64,000 nucleotides of DNA from a virus (lineage: Duplodnaviria; Caudoviricetes), in IMG/VR virus record IMGVR_UViG_3300012979_000004, positions 1-64,000 of that record; one strand, given 5' to 3'. Below are positions 1 through 12,198 of this stretch, piece by piece. Below the pieces are notes generated by a model, which saw only the letters and a list, made by a program, of their open reading frames with translations, was not told the DNA's origin and did not search any database. Within the stretch, counting starts at the first letter, position 1. Each line of letters begins with the position of its first letter. The translations under genes and the position numbers were made by a program.

Positions 1-273
1 AGTGAACTGACCACCGAGTGTAAGTTCCTGACCAGAACCAGTTACAAACTTAGTATCGATGAGGTTGAAGCTTGCTGCCTTCTCCTTAAGAATGCGGTCG
101 AATTCTCTGATACCCATTTCTCCAGTAAGGGCGATAAACTTACGCTCGTTTGTACCGAGGAGGTTGTAGCAGAGATCGAAGAGATAATCTTCGAACAACT
201 CAGCTGTCAGCTTAGTGTAGTAACGGATGTTAGCTGGGCTAACCTGCTCGAACAGACCAGCTGAAATTGCTAC
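1..273 (-). CDS. Major capsid protein, exon 2 (continues off the left edge)
   Basis: Open frame VAISAGLFEQVSPANIRYYTKLTAELFEDYLFDL...GQELTLGGQFT resumes right after the intron terminal G at 274 and joins in frame to ...KGTNGRP. Confidence 0.85.
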
Positions 274-1151
274 CATTGTGTTCAGTATAGGGCGCTAACC
301 TATACCCGTCACGATCAGCTGGTCTAATATATTTTATTTGTGACAGCTCTATATTTCTATAGAGATCAGACTATATCAAAACCCTCGACATTATATCGTC
401 GGTCGGGTTGTTTCCATTTCGGAACGCTTGTTCCTACTCCGCCGCCGCGGATAGTCGTTGAACCTTCTTGACAAGTTCTCTTTCTATAAACCATCCTGCA
501 AAAAAACCATTGGTTGGAGTTTTTCCAGTATTTGCATATTTTATAATGGTTGTACACTGATACGACGCGCCAAAATATTTACACGCTTTCGCAGCATTGC
601 TGAATGTTAACACGTCTCCTGTAAGACTGTTGATAAATTTATATCTATACCAGTCTCTATTTCCTAGTTTTAGAGAATGCTACGTGTTCTATTTCGGCGT
701 CACCCATCTCAGGTTTTCAACACAATTATTTGTACGATTACAATCTATGTGATCCACCTGAGTAAAAATATCAGGGTTGCTATTTTCTATAAAAGCCAAT
801 GCTACTAATCTGTGCACCATAAACTTTTTATTCCTATCACCAAAGTTTACTTTTACTCTTAAATAGCCACCTTTCGAATAATAAGGCTTCATAAAATCTT
901 GCAAATATTCCGACCAAATTCGTCCATCGTTTGAAACTTTATATTTTGTTTCATACCCGTCTAATTTTATCGGAAAAGGCTTGAGGATTATGTCAAGCTT
1001 GGCTGCTGATTGTCTATTCATCTTTGTATCCATATGATGTTTATACAAACTTAATTGTAATTATATTTAGATTTTCCAGCAATTAAGAAACTTAAACGCG
1101 TAAGGATTACGCCTTACGTGCCCATTTATAGATTATTGTTTTTCTAAGTTT
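274..1151 (-). mobile_element. Group I self-splicing intron in the major capsid gene
   Basis: Exon 1 ends in U (CCT at 1152) and the intron ends in G (274). Core elements on the minus strand: P AATTGCTGGAAA (~1073-1084), Q AATCAGCAG (~1003-1011), R GTTCAACGACTA (~452-463), S GATATAGTCTG. Confidence 0.9.
434..1048 (-). CDS. Intron-encoded HNH homing endonuclease (NUMOD4-like/HNH with C-terminal DNA-binding region), TAG read as Gln; 3' end uncertain
   Basis: VHRLVALAF...VDHIDCNRTNNCVENLRWVTPK continues through TAGs at 689 and 680 as QNTQHS. The next TAG is at 434; the first TAA is at 230. Confidence 0.85.
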
Positions 1152-2000
1152 AGGACGTCCGTTTGTACCTTTGAGTGCATATGTACCATCAGCATTACGG
1201 TTAGAGTGAGAGAACAAAAGGAACTTCTCTTCACGACGCTTCCATTCACGGAGAGCAACCCAATACTGATAATCAGACCAGAGGTAAGACTTCTTACCTG
1301 TTTCAGGATCTGTGAGTGCGATTGCCAATACTGTAGAGTAAGCATCACCAGTAATATCGTAAGTCAGACGCAGAGTCGTAAGGTTGTTACGCATCTTAAA
1401 TGGAGTCTGATAGTTGATGATATCTGCCTCGTCGCTGTACTCTTCGTAAGCAGAGCCGATACGGCTTACCTGACGACCTGGGAGGAGGTATTCACCTGGA
1501 ATATAAGAACCAGAGAAACCTTCTGCAACGTAACACTCGTAAACCCAAGTGCTACCATCCTGGTAAGGAACACCTGATACACGTACCTGGAAGTTGATGT
1601 TGTCAAAAGAAAGAATTGCACCTGCGCCAAACCATCTCTCTTCCAAACCGAGGTAAATAGGAGTACCGTTGATACCTGGAGTAAGTGTGCTGTAGTTTGA
1701 GAGGTCAATCTCTTGACCGTTATACTTTGCGTAACGAATGTTTACTGCATGTTCAGAGTCGATCATTACTGACCATTCGTATTCGCGGTTTTCGATAATC
1801 ATGGTCTTACCGAGACCACCTGTAATTAAATCGATAGCTGTTGACACACCGTCATCCTTAGTACCAAAAACGAGAGAAAGAAGACCTGCTACCTCGTGTG
1901 GCTTAGTGAGCAGTGCGTTAGAAATCATATTCTCATCAACCAAGTCGCTAAAACGACGACCGCGATAAAGCTGAAGGTTGTTAAGTAAATTGTTTGTCAT
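1152..2000 (-). CDS. Major capsid protein, exon 1
   Basis: MTNNLLNNLQLYRGRRFSDL...; crAss-type MCP by sequence character and by position downstream of TerL, portal and a scaffold-like gene. Confidence 0.85.
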
Positions 2001-2027
2001 AATTATATATTGATTAAAATAACATCA

Positions 2028-3188
2028 TCATTGAAACATTGACGCAAGTTCCAAAGCTGATCTTTGTTTATCTTCGTCGGCATTGAACGTAGAATGATTC
2101 TTGCTCTTATGCCTTAACATCTGTCTAAGTCTTTGAGCAGCTGTAGTCTCTCCAGTTTTCTTAGCTTCTGTAACAAAAGAATCTGCCTTCATTGTGAAGT
2201 ATGCTGACTCAATCAAGTTCTTTGATAAATTCTTGTTGAAATCTTTCTGATATTGAGTAACTCCGTTTGAATCTGTTTTGAAAATATATTCAAACAATTT
2301 CTTACGATCTTCTTTTGGGATGTTGATACCCCTAATATTAGTAAGATTGTTGATATTTGTACTCATTGTATCAAAAAATGCTTTTGTCTCTTCTTCATGT
2401 TGCCTTCTTGCAGCTTCTTGCTGTTGCAAAAGTCTTTCAGTTTCCTGCTGCTTAATAACCTTAAGTCGACTTAAAGCATCTTCGGCTTCTTCTTCAAGCA
2501 TGTCTGCGGATTCGTATCGATCTATTTTATTTGCGATTTGACTTTCTGTGTATCCGCTAGCTTTTAGGAGATCACGTATAACTGTTCGTTGATTACTTTC
2601 ATCACTGAGATCGACATTATCATAGTTAATCTGCTGTTGTTGAGCTGAGTAGAAATCTTCAAATTTGCCACCATTTTTAACGTATTCATCAAGAGCTTGT
2701 ATACGCTCATCTGCATACTCTGGTACTGAATTTTGATCTACCAGATCTCGTATATACGCAGTCAATCCGTCTACAGTGACGGGTTTTGTGTCGTCATCGA
2801 TCTCGTCTAAATTCCAACCAAACGATTCTCCAATGGCGTCAAATAATGCGCTTACTTGCTGAGCTTCGATTACATCGTCGCCCTGTATTTCAGTAGCATC
2901 ATTGGCATCGTTTGATTCGTTATTTACTTGCTGGCCGTTCATTCGGTCCAACACCTCTTGTGGAATATCAGTGTCGTCCACATTTGTAGAATACTGATTT
3001 TTCACTTTTTTATCCTCGTCCTCGGCACCCGTTGTCTGTACCGGATTGTTATTGTCAATTGGTTCCACATCTACAAACTCGTCTTGTGTATCCATGTTGG
3101 TAACCTCACCTTGATTTTCGACATTACCAAATCCAAGATCATTCAAAGCATTTTCAAATGCAGATGGAATTGCTTGTTTCTTCTTCAT
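2028..3188 (-). CDS. Acidic capsid-adjacent protein, putative scaffold
   Basis: 386 aa, acidic with coiled-coil character, immediately upstream of the MCP as in crAss-like phages. Confidence 0.65.
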   Translation of the reverse strand: MKKKQAIPSAFENALNDLGFGNVENQGEVTNMDTQDEFVDVEPIDNNNPVQTTGAEDEDKKVKNQYSTNVDDTDIPQEVLDRMNGQQVNNESNDANDATEIQGDDVIEAQQVSALFDAIGESFGWNLDEIDDDTKPVTVDGLTAYIRDLVDQNSVPEYADERIQALDEYVKNGGKFEDFYSAQQQQINYDNVDLSDESNQRTVIRDLLKASGYTESQIANKIDRYESADMLEEEAEDALSRLKVIKQQETERLLQQQEAARRQHEEETKAFFDTMSTNINNLTNIRGINIPKEDRKKLFEYIFKTDSNGVTQYQKDFNKNLSKNLIESAYFTMKADSFVTEAKKTGETTAAQRLRQMLRHKSKNHSTFNADEDKQRSALELASMFQ

Positions 3189-3251
3189 AATTATTTAAAT
3201 AATTAATGTTCAATATTTGTACGCTTATTGTTGCGTTGTATTTAAAACCAA

Positions 3252-3716
3252 TTACTGTATTGTAACAGATATTGTTTCACCTTTGTCGGCCGCATCTTTT
3301 AACATTGGATACAGCTTTTGAAATGTAGACTTACTTTCAGTAAGTTTTCCTACAACAGTGTTTTTACCCACGAGTATACAACCACTTGAGTCTTCGTCTG
3401 TGTTTCCAGGGTGGATGAGCACACCGTCGTAACCAGGCACATTTACAAACCTGGGCATCATCGCGTTACAGAAGTCAACATACCACTGGACTTTACTATA
3501 CCTATTAGACTTTATATTCATTGTAATAGTATAGGTGCCGGTAGGTATTGCTGTTCTATGCTTTATCTTTTTAGAAGCGATTTCTGTAGCGGACATCGAT
3601 TGGGTAAGCCCTCTATCAGTATCTTCGAGAGTATCACATACATATTTGTTATTTATGTACATCTTACCTATTGTATAGGTGTCGCGTTTAGCTATTCTTT
3701 TTATAAGTATTTCCAT
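3252..3716 (-). CDS. DUF5675-like protein (L,D-transpeptidase-like, candidate lysin)
   Basis: TLED...AIPTGTY...LIHPGNTDEDSSGCILVG His/Cys motif. Confidence 0.7.
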   Translation of the reverse strand: MEILIKRIAKRDTYTIGKMYINNKYVCDTLEDTDRGLTQSMSATEIASKKIKHRTAIPTGTYTITMNIKSNRYSKVQWYVDFCNAMMPRFVNVPGYDGVLIHPGNTDEDSSGCILVGKNTVVGKLTESKSTFQKLYPMLKDAADKGETISVTIQ

Positions 3717-4288
3717 TACACAACATAGTTTACAAAATCGATCAATAAAATATCCCTATCCGTACCCTTTTTGTAATTTTTCTTATTGTATTTCTTTGCA
3801 TAATACCTAGGATATACATCGTCTATTTTAGGCAATACCACAGAACTATACAATTCTTTACAAGTAGGGTTGTTCTTAAATTCATAGTCGGTACCCCAAT
3901 TGTACAAGTTTTTACCACACCAGAATTTAATATTTGGATATAGTTGTTCAAATGCAGCACAATCGCACCTAAAGTGTCTAATGCTACTCTTTTCATATTG
4001 CTTTTTATTGCGAACTTCGTGCAATAATCTTACGTATACATCACCCTTTGAATTAAGCCATTCGAGATCTTTAAGCAAATCAGCCACGTCTATTTTGTAC
4101 ACCATAGCTCCGTGCGCTACCTGCAGTTCATCTCCTTTGTATCTAATCCTTAGATCAAAACATCTAACACCACGTTCGTATTGAGTTTTTATATCCCAAT
4201 CCTAACACTGTGCTATAAATCTAAAAGGTCTCATGTACCACTTCTTTGGTGGTAAATAACTCCAGCTATTATGACTCCCTAGTATCAT
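3716..4288 (-). CDS. PI-PLC-like phosphodiesterase (TAG read-through)
   Basis: With TAG=Q the protein reads MILGSHNSWSY...IAQCQDWDIKTQYERGVRCFDLRIR...VAHG, matching the PI-PLC X-box pattern. Confidence 0.7.
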
Positions 4289-4505
4289 TTTCTTCCTCCT
4301 TTTCTTCAACATGACCCACAGTCATCCAAAGTACGATATCTGATTCAAGCCATTTGGAAAATGATGCTACAAACTCGTCGAGAAACTTTTTAAGATTTTC
4401 ATCGTGTTTGAAAAAAATACTATATCGTTTATCCTCAGGCGTAACTCCGTCAACCTTATCCGATTTTTTTATGGCATGCAAGCCTACGTTTACCATCTTT
4501 TTCAT
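4269..4505 (-). CDS. Hypothetical protein
   Basis: 78-aa ORF overlapping both neighbours in the operon. Confidence 0.55.
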   Translation of the reverse strand: MKKMVNVGLHAIKKSDKVDGVTPEDKRYSIFFKHDENLKKFLDEFVASFSKWLESDIVLWMTVGHVEEKEEENDTRES

Positions 4506-4888
4506 ACCCTTTTGTATCCTTTTTTATCTAATACGTTTTGTAATATCCACTGATGTAAATATGTAAATGCTTCATTTGAACCATTCACTTGGTACTCAAC
4601 TCCACAATAGTTTAACACATGAAACGTAGCGTGCAGCACTTCATGTCCAGCTACACTTATTTCGACAGGAGTCGTTGGCATTTTATATATATGCACAATG
4701 CCCGTGCCATCTCCTCTATAATAAAATGAAGCGTCGTAATCATCAGGATTTACGTTTTTAATAATGTCTAACAAGCAATCATCTTTTAAGTGTTTGTTAG
4801 CATATTTTAATAATTCCTCATGTGAACCTATAAACACGTCTATATCACGTCTATATGGATCACACGGTATTGTTTTTATTTTTGCCAT
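4502..4888 (-). CDS. Small zincin-like (HExxH) protein
   Basis: GHEVLHATFH...NEAFTYL. Confidence 0.65.
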   Translation of the reverse strand: MAKIKTIPCDPYRRDIDVFIGSHEELLKYANKHLKDDCLLDIIKNVNPDDYDASFYYRGDGTGIVHIYKMPTTPVEISVAGHEVLHATFHVLNYCGVEYQVNGSNEAFTYLHQWILQNVLDKKGYKRV

Positions 4889-5186
4889 GTTTATATTTGA
4901 GCATTTCTTTTACACATCGCTTCTACTAGTTTCTCGGCAGACGTCTAATGATTGATTTGAAGTAATTTTCATCATCATAGCCATACATAAACAAATCTAA
5001 AACCAATCTTAAATACGGAGATTGTTTACAGAAGCGACGTGTAATAATATTTCTAACAAACTTTACATTCTTATATAACCAGGTGATTGTAGATATAGTC
5101 AATAGGCTAAATGCTACTCTAGCAGCATAAATCAATCCTTGAGTTTTATATGCGTGTTTTATTTGTAGTATATCAAAATTTTTCAT
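4860..5186 (-). CDS. Hypothetical protein with hydrophobic segment (TAG TAG read-through to TGA)
   Basis: ORF 4926-5186 extends to a TGA at 4860 if TAG=Q. Confidence 0.45.
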
Positions 5187-6580
5187 CTTCTTGGCGGTTT
5201 GATAGATTTACCTTTATTGTGCTCTTGAAGTGCGCCAAACGTTCCTCCTGTGATTACAGCAGCTGGCAAAAAATTGCCAGTTAATACTTTCCAAGCATTG
5301 TGATAATCTTCTGGAGTGTCTAACTTTAGATCACCAGTCCAAGGATGTTTCTTAACTGCATCGTTGACAGTCTCCATGATTTTTCCAAAATCGACAATTG
5401 GAACACCTGTGTTATATGGATCAAATGTAGGTTCTTGTTGGTACGGTTTAAGACCGACCTTTCTCCCTGCCTATAAGCCGTGAACAACAAATTCGTGTGG
5501 TTGACGAATATATTCTTCCGCGTCATCTCTAAGCACGCTTTTGACTTTCTACTCAAGAAACTAGTTTGTAGCATCCGTCTATTCAAAAAGTTGGTTGTAA
5601 GCCTATTTTGCTGCATAGTAATCTCTTTTAGCATCACGTATCTACATAAACGGCGCACCAGATCTTTCTAACTATTCGAGTTTAAAGCCTTTTTCCTAAT
5701 AGTCGTCTAAGAGTGACCAGAGTTTTGGATAATCCCAATTTGTTTTCCCAAATCCTTGCAAATGCAGAGCTTCGTGGAATATGGTTGTAGGATCTGCAGA
5801 CTCTCTCGCCAACAACGAATAGCCGTCTCTTAGACCAATAACGTCTTTGCCTAATATTTTGTCGGCATCCACGTCTGGTACAATTTTTATCTACCCAGGA
5901 AACTTCCCATGTCCCATAGGTACCTATAAAGGAAACCCGGCTTCTTCAGACAATCTATCGACAAGATGTTTTCTTGCTGGGTTGTCAAACGCATCAAAAG
6001 CATCGAATATACCATTGCGCCTGAAAACCTCTTCTGTAAAAGGACCTTTCATCGAACCACTTTGATACGAACGGTGTGGTAGATTTAAATCTTGCCATAC
6101 CTGTTCCGCAACAGGCAATACTTTCGAAAACGTTGGAGTAGCAACAGCGTCGTCTATACTATTACTCAACGCCTTTGCAGCAAACCAATTGGTTACAGGT
6201 TTCATCGCTCTGCCTATATACGGCATTGCAAAATTTAAAGCTTTTCCACCAAGCCACCCCAGCCCCTTAAATATCGGACCAAGAGCTGCTCCTTCAACAA
6301 TTACCTATCCTACAGGGTCAGTTCCGCTTAATGGTAGATCTTTTTCATATACCGTATACGGCCTACCTGTTTGAGGGTTTATTGGTTCGTGATATGCAGG
6401 TTTTGTTGCTTCTGGTTGATTCCCGTATCCTATATAAGTTGTTCTAGGCTACATAGAAACAATAACTTCTTTGCTGTTTTCAGTTGGAACTTTAGTGCCT
6501 TTAGGTATCCATGGGTTACCGCCTGTACCGACGTCATATTGATATTTCGGCAAATATATATTTTTTAAATTATTGTCCAT
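5183..6580 (-). CDS. 465-aa protein with HExxH zincin motif (many TAG codons)
   Basis: ATG at 6580 is in frame with fragments 5924-6226 and 5183-5377; only TAGs interrupt; motif IFHEALHLQG. Confidence 0.7.
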
Positions 6581-7478
6581 ATAAAACAGGGTTTATTTTT
6601 ATTCCTGACTTCCAAACTCCATTTGGAGCTTCTTCGCGCATGACTGCTTCGAATGCTTTTGCATCTTGTATCCACTAATACGCATCACCAATTACGTCTA
6701 CAGCATTCAATGGCTTTATGATTTTAGCTAGCTTTTTGTTATAATACTCCGCATATTGTTTTGCAAGCGTTCCGTTGTTTACAGGGGTCTTTTTTTTACG
6801 GTTTAATAACAAACCTATTGTGCCTAGAACATCCGTACCATCACTTGTTCCAATTGCTTCGTCGTCTGGGCTAACACCCAATATGTCCGTGATGTTTGTA
6901 ATAGCTCTAGTTTGCGGAATAAACGAAGCAGTGCGATACAATAGATTTCCAAGAGCTTTACTGCTTTTTGGAAGCTCGCTTGGCGCATATACCATATCAT
7001 TATTTGCCTGTTGCTTATCGCCTGTACCACCATCATATTTAGGAATCGGCTTCGAGTGGTTGTATTTTGTACCAAACATCTGCCAATTTTGAGGATAGAA
7101 TTTATCATTTTCTCCCCAACTACCACCTTTAAGCCCTTCTGGATTAAACTTGGATTTCTTACCGCTGTATATAGATTGTTCACTGAACGTGGGATGATAT
7201 ACTGTTTTGAATTCATCGGTCCAATGAGTGTCTGCGTTAGCTTTAGACTTTGGGTATTTGTTATAATATCCACGATAATCATAGTCGTTTGCGTTCAGGA
7301 TTCTAGTAAGAGCTGCGTCTTCGCTAACGTCTTCCCACTTTTCCCAATTTTCTTTTGCAACATTCTCCATCGTCGAATAATATTCGTCATCGCTTATTGG
7401 TTTACCCGCATCATACACCTTTGCTCCGTTCTTCCACCTATTGAATCTTTGTCTGAATTGTGTAGAATCTTTAACCAT
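6570..7478 (-). CDS. Hypothetical virion-associated protein (302 aa with read-through)
   Basis: ORF 6675-7478 extended through one TAG to a TAA at 6570. Confidence 0.65.
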
Positions 7479-7635
7479 ACTTTTGATTATTAATCATTCT
7501 GGACGCTACCAAGTTAGCCACCACGTTTGATACAAAATCCTAAGTATCGTCATGTTTTGCTTCGTGTCGTAAATACGATAATATTTCTTTAAGCATCGCA
7601 TTGTTTTCGCGAGCTAATCTTAGTAGTTCGTCCAT
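7471..7635 (-). CDS. Small hypothetical protein (54 aa, one TAG)
   Basis: MDELLRLARENNAMLKEILSYL... fills the gap between portal and the next gene. Confidence 0.5.
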
Positions 7636-7642
7636 AAATTAA

Positions 7643-10129
7643 TTATTTTTTAGATTCACCTGAAACACGGTTCCTTAGTGCAGTTTTAGCTTTAAGCTCC
7701 TCTCGTTTATATGCAGCGTCGTCTTTCTGCTTCTGCAATTCTGTTTCATGCTTCATACGATCACGCTCAAGCTACATCTTCTTATCTTCTATCTCGCGTT
7801 TCTGTCTCTGTTCGTAACGTTTAATGTATGACTCTTCTGCTATCTTACGTTGAGCAGTAGCGTCCTTTGCTATTTCAATCGGATCTGGAATGCCGTTTCC
7901 GTCAGCGTCCTTTTCTTCAGAACCGCGATATGCACTAATTTCAGCAACTACAATTCTAGTCTGGTTATCTTGATCAATCTTATATCGTTCGAGATCCATC
8001 TTCGCTTCTTCTAACATGAGCTCTTGTTCACGCTGTTCGTTTTGCATTTGCTGTATTTGTACAGCCTGTTGCTGTTCAGCTTCTTGTTGAGCTTTTTGAG
8101 CTTGTTCTTGACGCTCCTGCATGTCTACTAATTTCTGTTTAAGCAGATTGAGGTTGTCTGTAGTAAGAACCTCTGCAGCTTCTAATAACGAAGCACCGTT
8201 TTGCATAGCAGGTTGAATGAGTTGTTTGAGGGCTTGAATATTCTCAAGATCTCTAGATGTATCGCTTACAAACACATCCATATCTTCGTAATAGAATTTA
8301 GGATCTATATCCAAGAACGCTCTTTCGCCTGTGTCGAATACGTAAGACAGCTTCTGTTTACCAGTCTCTTCCCAAGCACCTTTTGCTGTATTCAACAACA
8401 TATTTAACGCTCTACGTTTGCATTGCGCGTGTACCCAGAACAAAGGTTCTGTGATGTGAGAAGACTGTAACACAGATCTTTCCACATTTCCAACAAGCTC
8501 ACTTGTACTCACCTGTCCTTGTCGTTGTTCTGTAATACCCGATATAGTTCCAGCAAGATGTTCAATCTTGTCCATCAACTGTATGTATTCAGCAATAACG
8601 TTGCCCATAGTCAAGTCTGCCTAACCAAATTGGTTGAATGCGGCAGCTCTGGTTCCATTCGGATCCGATGGGTTTCCTTCGTATGGATTCACAAAGTTAA
8701 CTCCTACCGAAGATAAATAGTGTAACCACCTCTCTGGTGTAATTCCCATTGATTTTGGAATTTGTGTAATGTCCATAGTTATAACCTTACCTTTATCTCT
8801 GGCTATAGCTAATTCCAATCTGTACCATAGTACTATGTACATGTACTGGAGAGGTTTTAGAATGCTAACCAACGAACGTGGTTTACTATTCGTATTGCTG
8901 TATATTGCCCCTGTGTACGGTAACTTTTGTGAATTTGGATTGTCTATAGATACGTGTTGGTACTCTACTGGCTGTATACCGAAATATAAATCTGTACCTG
9001 CGCGATATCCTTCCCAAACTTCTACAACCCAATCGATGTCTATAGAAAGTTCGGTTCCTGTCTTTTGATAACCTTCGTCTTCTATTGTCACCTGAGGTTG
9101 ACCGGACTCGTCTAGATATGTTATGTAATATATCTTTTTAAACGATTTCCAGCAGCAATGCCACACGTTTATACAACCTCTTGTGTTTTGATCATATATC
9201 GGATTGTCGTATATACGCATGCTGATGTGGTTAAAATCGTCAACCGGACCTTTGTCTCCGAGGTCGTTCGAGGGTCTTCCCGTCATCATCTCCTCAAGCT
9301 TGTTCAAATCTTTTTCTGTAAGCTTGTCGTAATACCGATCGTATATCTCTGTGTATGGCATTCTCATTCTACGACAACACCAAGCACCGTCTTCTATAAA
9401 TTCCAAATCTGGGCTTTTGTCGTATGAAAAATACAATGGGTTCACACGTTCCAAATAAGGTTCGCTGTTCATTACACCAACGTAATAAATTTCGGTTCCT
9501 GATATAAGTGCGTCCTTCCAACCTTTTATAAACTCGTTGTCAAAACTGAGTTTTTCTCTGAGGTATGTTAGAGTATGGTATGCTGTATTTTCAATTACGT
9601 CCTTGTAGCTTTTGTTCAAATACTTGCCGATTTCTTCAGGAGGCATGATCTCGCCGCTTTGAATCTGTTGTTGATACGCAGCAGCCTCTTCTTCACTCAT
9701 TCTGGCAGTAATGGAAGCCATGATGTAGCTCAACAACATCTCTTTACCTTTTTCCTATATTTCAGATACAGATTCTTGAGAAGTTCTTACGACTTTAAAA
9801 TTTAAAGGACGTTTTGTTTCCTCGCCTATCAATAGATCTATCTTAGGTCGAATGATGTTGAAATCCTATGGCGTTGCCGGAAATCCATCCTCGACTTTAA
9901 ATGGATTTGTTATCTTTTTAAAATCCTTTTCGTCGAATATACTATTATATAAATTATAACAGGTCTACATCTCTCCATATCTAGTTTTCGTTTGCCCACC
10001 AGATACCACGTTGCCTTCGCCTATTATGTAATTTACACAATCGTGTTGCCACTTTTCATTTTTCTTTTTTAGCGAAAGTTTCTGTCGAGGGAATGAAGAG
10101 TTGTATAAATTGTCTTCTATTCGTATCAT
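7643..10129 (-). CDS. Portal protein (828 aa, TAG=Gln)
   Basis: Fragments 8621-9739 and 7772-8614 are in one frame from ATG 10129 to TAA 7643, directly downstream of TerL. Confidence 0.85.
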
Positions 10130-10131
10130 CG

Positions 10132-12195
10132 TTAAAACGTGAATAACGGTACATCACTCTACGTGTTCTGTTCGCCGGTCTACCAATATTTAGATCCGAA
10201 CAGCGGCAGTTCGAAGAGTTCAACCTATTTGTTTTTTTCTTTTGCAGCCTACACCTTTACTTGATATAATTCTTCTCTGTATATCATTACCATACATAGT
10301 GCTATCAATCTATCCACGTTTCGTATACCATCGTTTTCGATCAATTCCTCAAGCAACGGTTCGCTGTATATTCTCTCTACATTAGGGTGTCCAGGTTCGT
10401 ATTCGTCCATCAACCATTCTAGAATAAGACCTTCTCCATATGCCCTAATTGCTTTTGTCATGTGGCAGCCTTTTCGGCGCTGCACTTTACTGTCTTTAAA
10501 GACTTCCGTAATCACTTTATCTGGCTAGTCTGCAAGCAGATAGTCACAATGTTTATTTGTGAAGTATGGGTATATACCTTTACGTTCGTTCTCAAATAGC
10601 AATCTTGCGTTGTACAACATCAATAATTTGCGAACGTTTTCATAATATTCTTCGGCAGTAGACGGTCTACCTGAATACTCTGCTACTATGACGTCATTCC
10701 ATGTTTCTCCGGCCTACACTCGTTTGAATATGAAAGTAGACCCTAATGAATTCGTAAAAGACTCATCGTGATCATAGGGGTCACACCCAGCTATGTATAA
10801 TCCGAACGGAGGATCTTCTACTGGAAACTCCCATATTACAACACTTCCTTCAGGTTTATCATCCTTCTTTAAATGAAACGTTGTTATGTCACCACTTTTC
10901 TTTTCTCTAGCCTCTACTCTACCGCTACCATCCCACACTAAATCTACAACGTGTTTCATACTACGCAGCTTCTCGCTGGTTCGTAGTCTTGTCAACTGGT
11001 CCATGAGTAATTTTCTAGGAAATATGTTTTTTCCAAGTTCGAGTACTGCTTCTTGCGGTTTTGTTGGTCGTTCTGATATAAATCGGTCGATTGATTGTTG
11101 AGATGCTCCACCGTCCTTGATGATGTTGCGTTGTGCCATTAATTCTTCAATTGCTTTATCTTTTAAAGAATTACCGTCTTTATCCATAAACCTAGGTTGA
11201 CCGGTTTCATCAACACCTTCCATGTTCATATAAGATGGGCTGAAGAACGCACACTTTGTATCCTGTCTTCCGTCGTCCCATATGTTTGGAAAGCTTAGAA
11301 CGTTGAACGCTTCCGGATTGTAGAATATGGTTTTCAATCCGTCGAAGCTAGCACCTTCTGTACCGCCTGTTCCAAATGCTATAAGCAATCCGAATGCTAC
11401 ACCGTCGTCTGTTTCAACAGCAGGTTGTTCTACTCGCCACGCAGTCTCTAGATTTGGAAACTTACCGCCTTCTTCAAACAATACTAGTTTACCACGAGTA
11501 CCTCTAAGTCGCTCTGGGTCGTTTTTAAGAGTAATGCCTGTAATACTGGATAAATATCCCTGTTCTGTTTGTTTACCAAACTCATCCGTCACCTTAAAAC
11601 CAGATACACGTTCCATTCGCGTAGACGTAAGTCTTTGTTTAGACCAAGCGGTATGTTTGTCTATAAAGTCCATTATCTACCAGGCTTTTGTTAATATGCC
11701 GTCTCCAACCAGAAACTTCTGCTCAGAAGCTACTGCAAAGTTTTTAGATCCTGGTATAAGTTCGTAATTTCTAACCAACATAGACGCGCCTTTGAAACTA
11801 TATCCTTTCTAACGCGCTTTTAACACAGCCATGTGTTTTCCAGAATCTTCTGCTTCTTCTATGGCATTGTAATAATAATAATCGCCATCCCAAAATCTAG
11901 GAAAATCAAACACACGTTCTCGTCTAGTTCTCTTCTGACCGTATCTATCTGTGTATTCAACTTCTTTTAGAAGCATGATTGGGCTGTAATTTAAATAAAA
12001 ATAATGGTATCCTGTAATAGCGTCCCCGTCTGGAGCCACATACCCATGTAAGCATCTTTCTGTTTCCCTGTCCCAATATCTCACATAATCGGTAGTTCCT
12101 CTTGGGGCAAGGGTATAACAGCCGTGCTCTTTAAAGAAGTTAGCAGCCTCACAAAACTTCTAACTGTTATATATCTTTTTATTAAAATCTACCAT
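10132..12195 (-). CDS. terL: Terminase large subunit (687 aa, TAG=Gln)
   Basis: Walker A KAR[TAG]KGYS, Walker B LVLFEEGG, nuclease motif YIAGCDPY; three track fragments in one frame. Confidence 0.92.
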
Positions 12196-12198
12196 ACA

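Noticed and set aside
1107-1151. MCP C-terminus KLRKTIIYKWARKA
   Set aside because: This is intron sequence read in frame, not capsid protein
5326-5658. 110-aa minus-strand ORF
   Set aside because: Out-of-frame shadow inside the read-through gene 5183-6580
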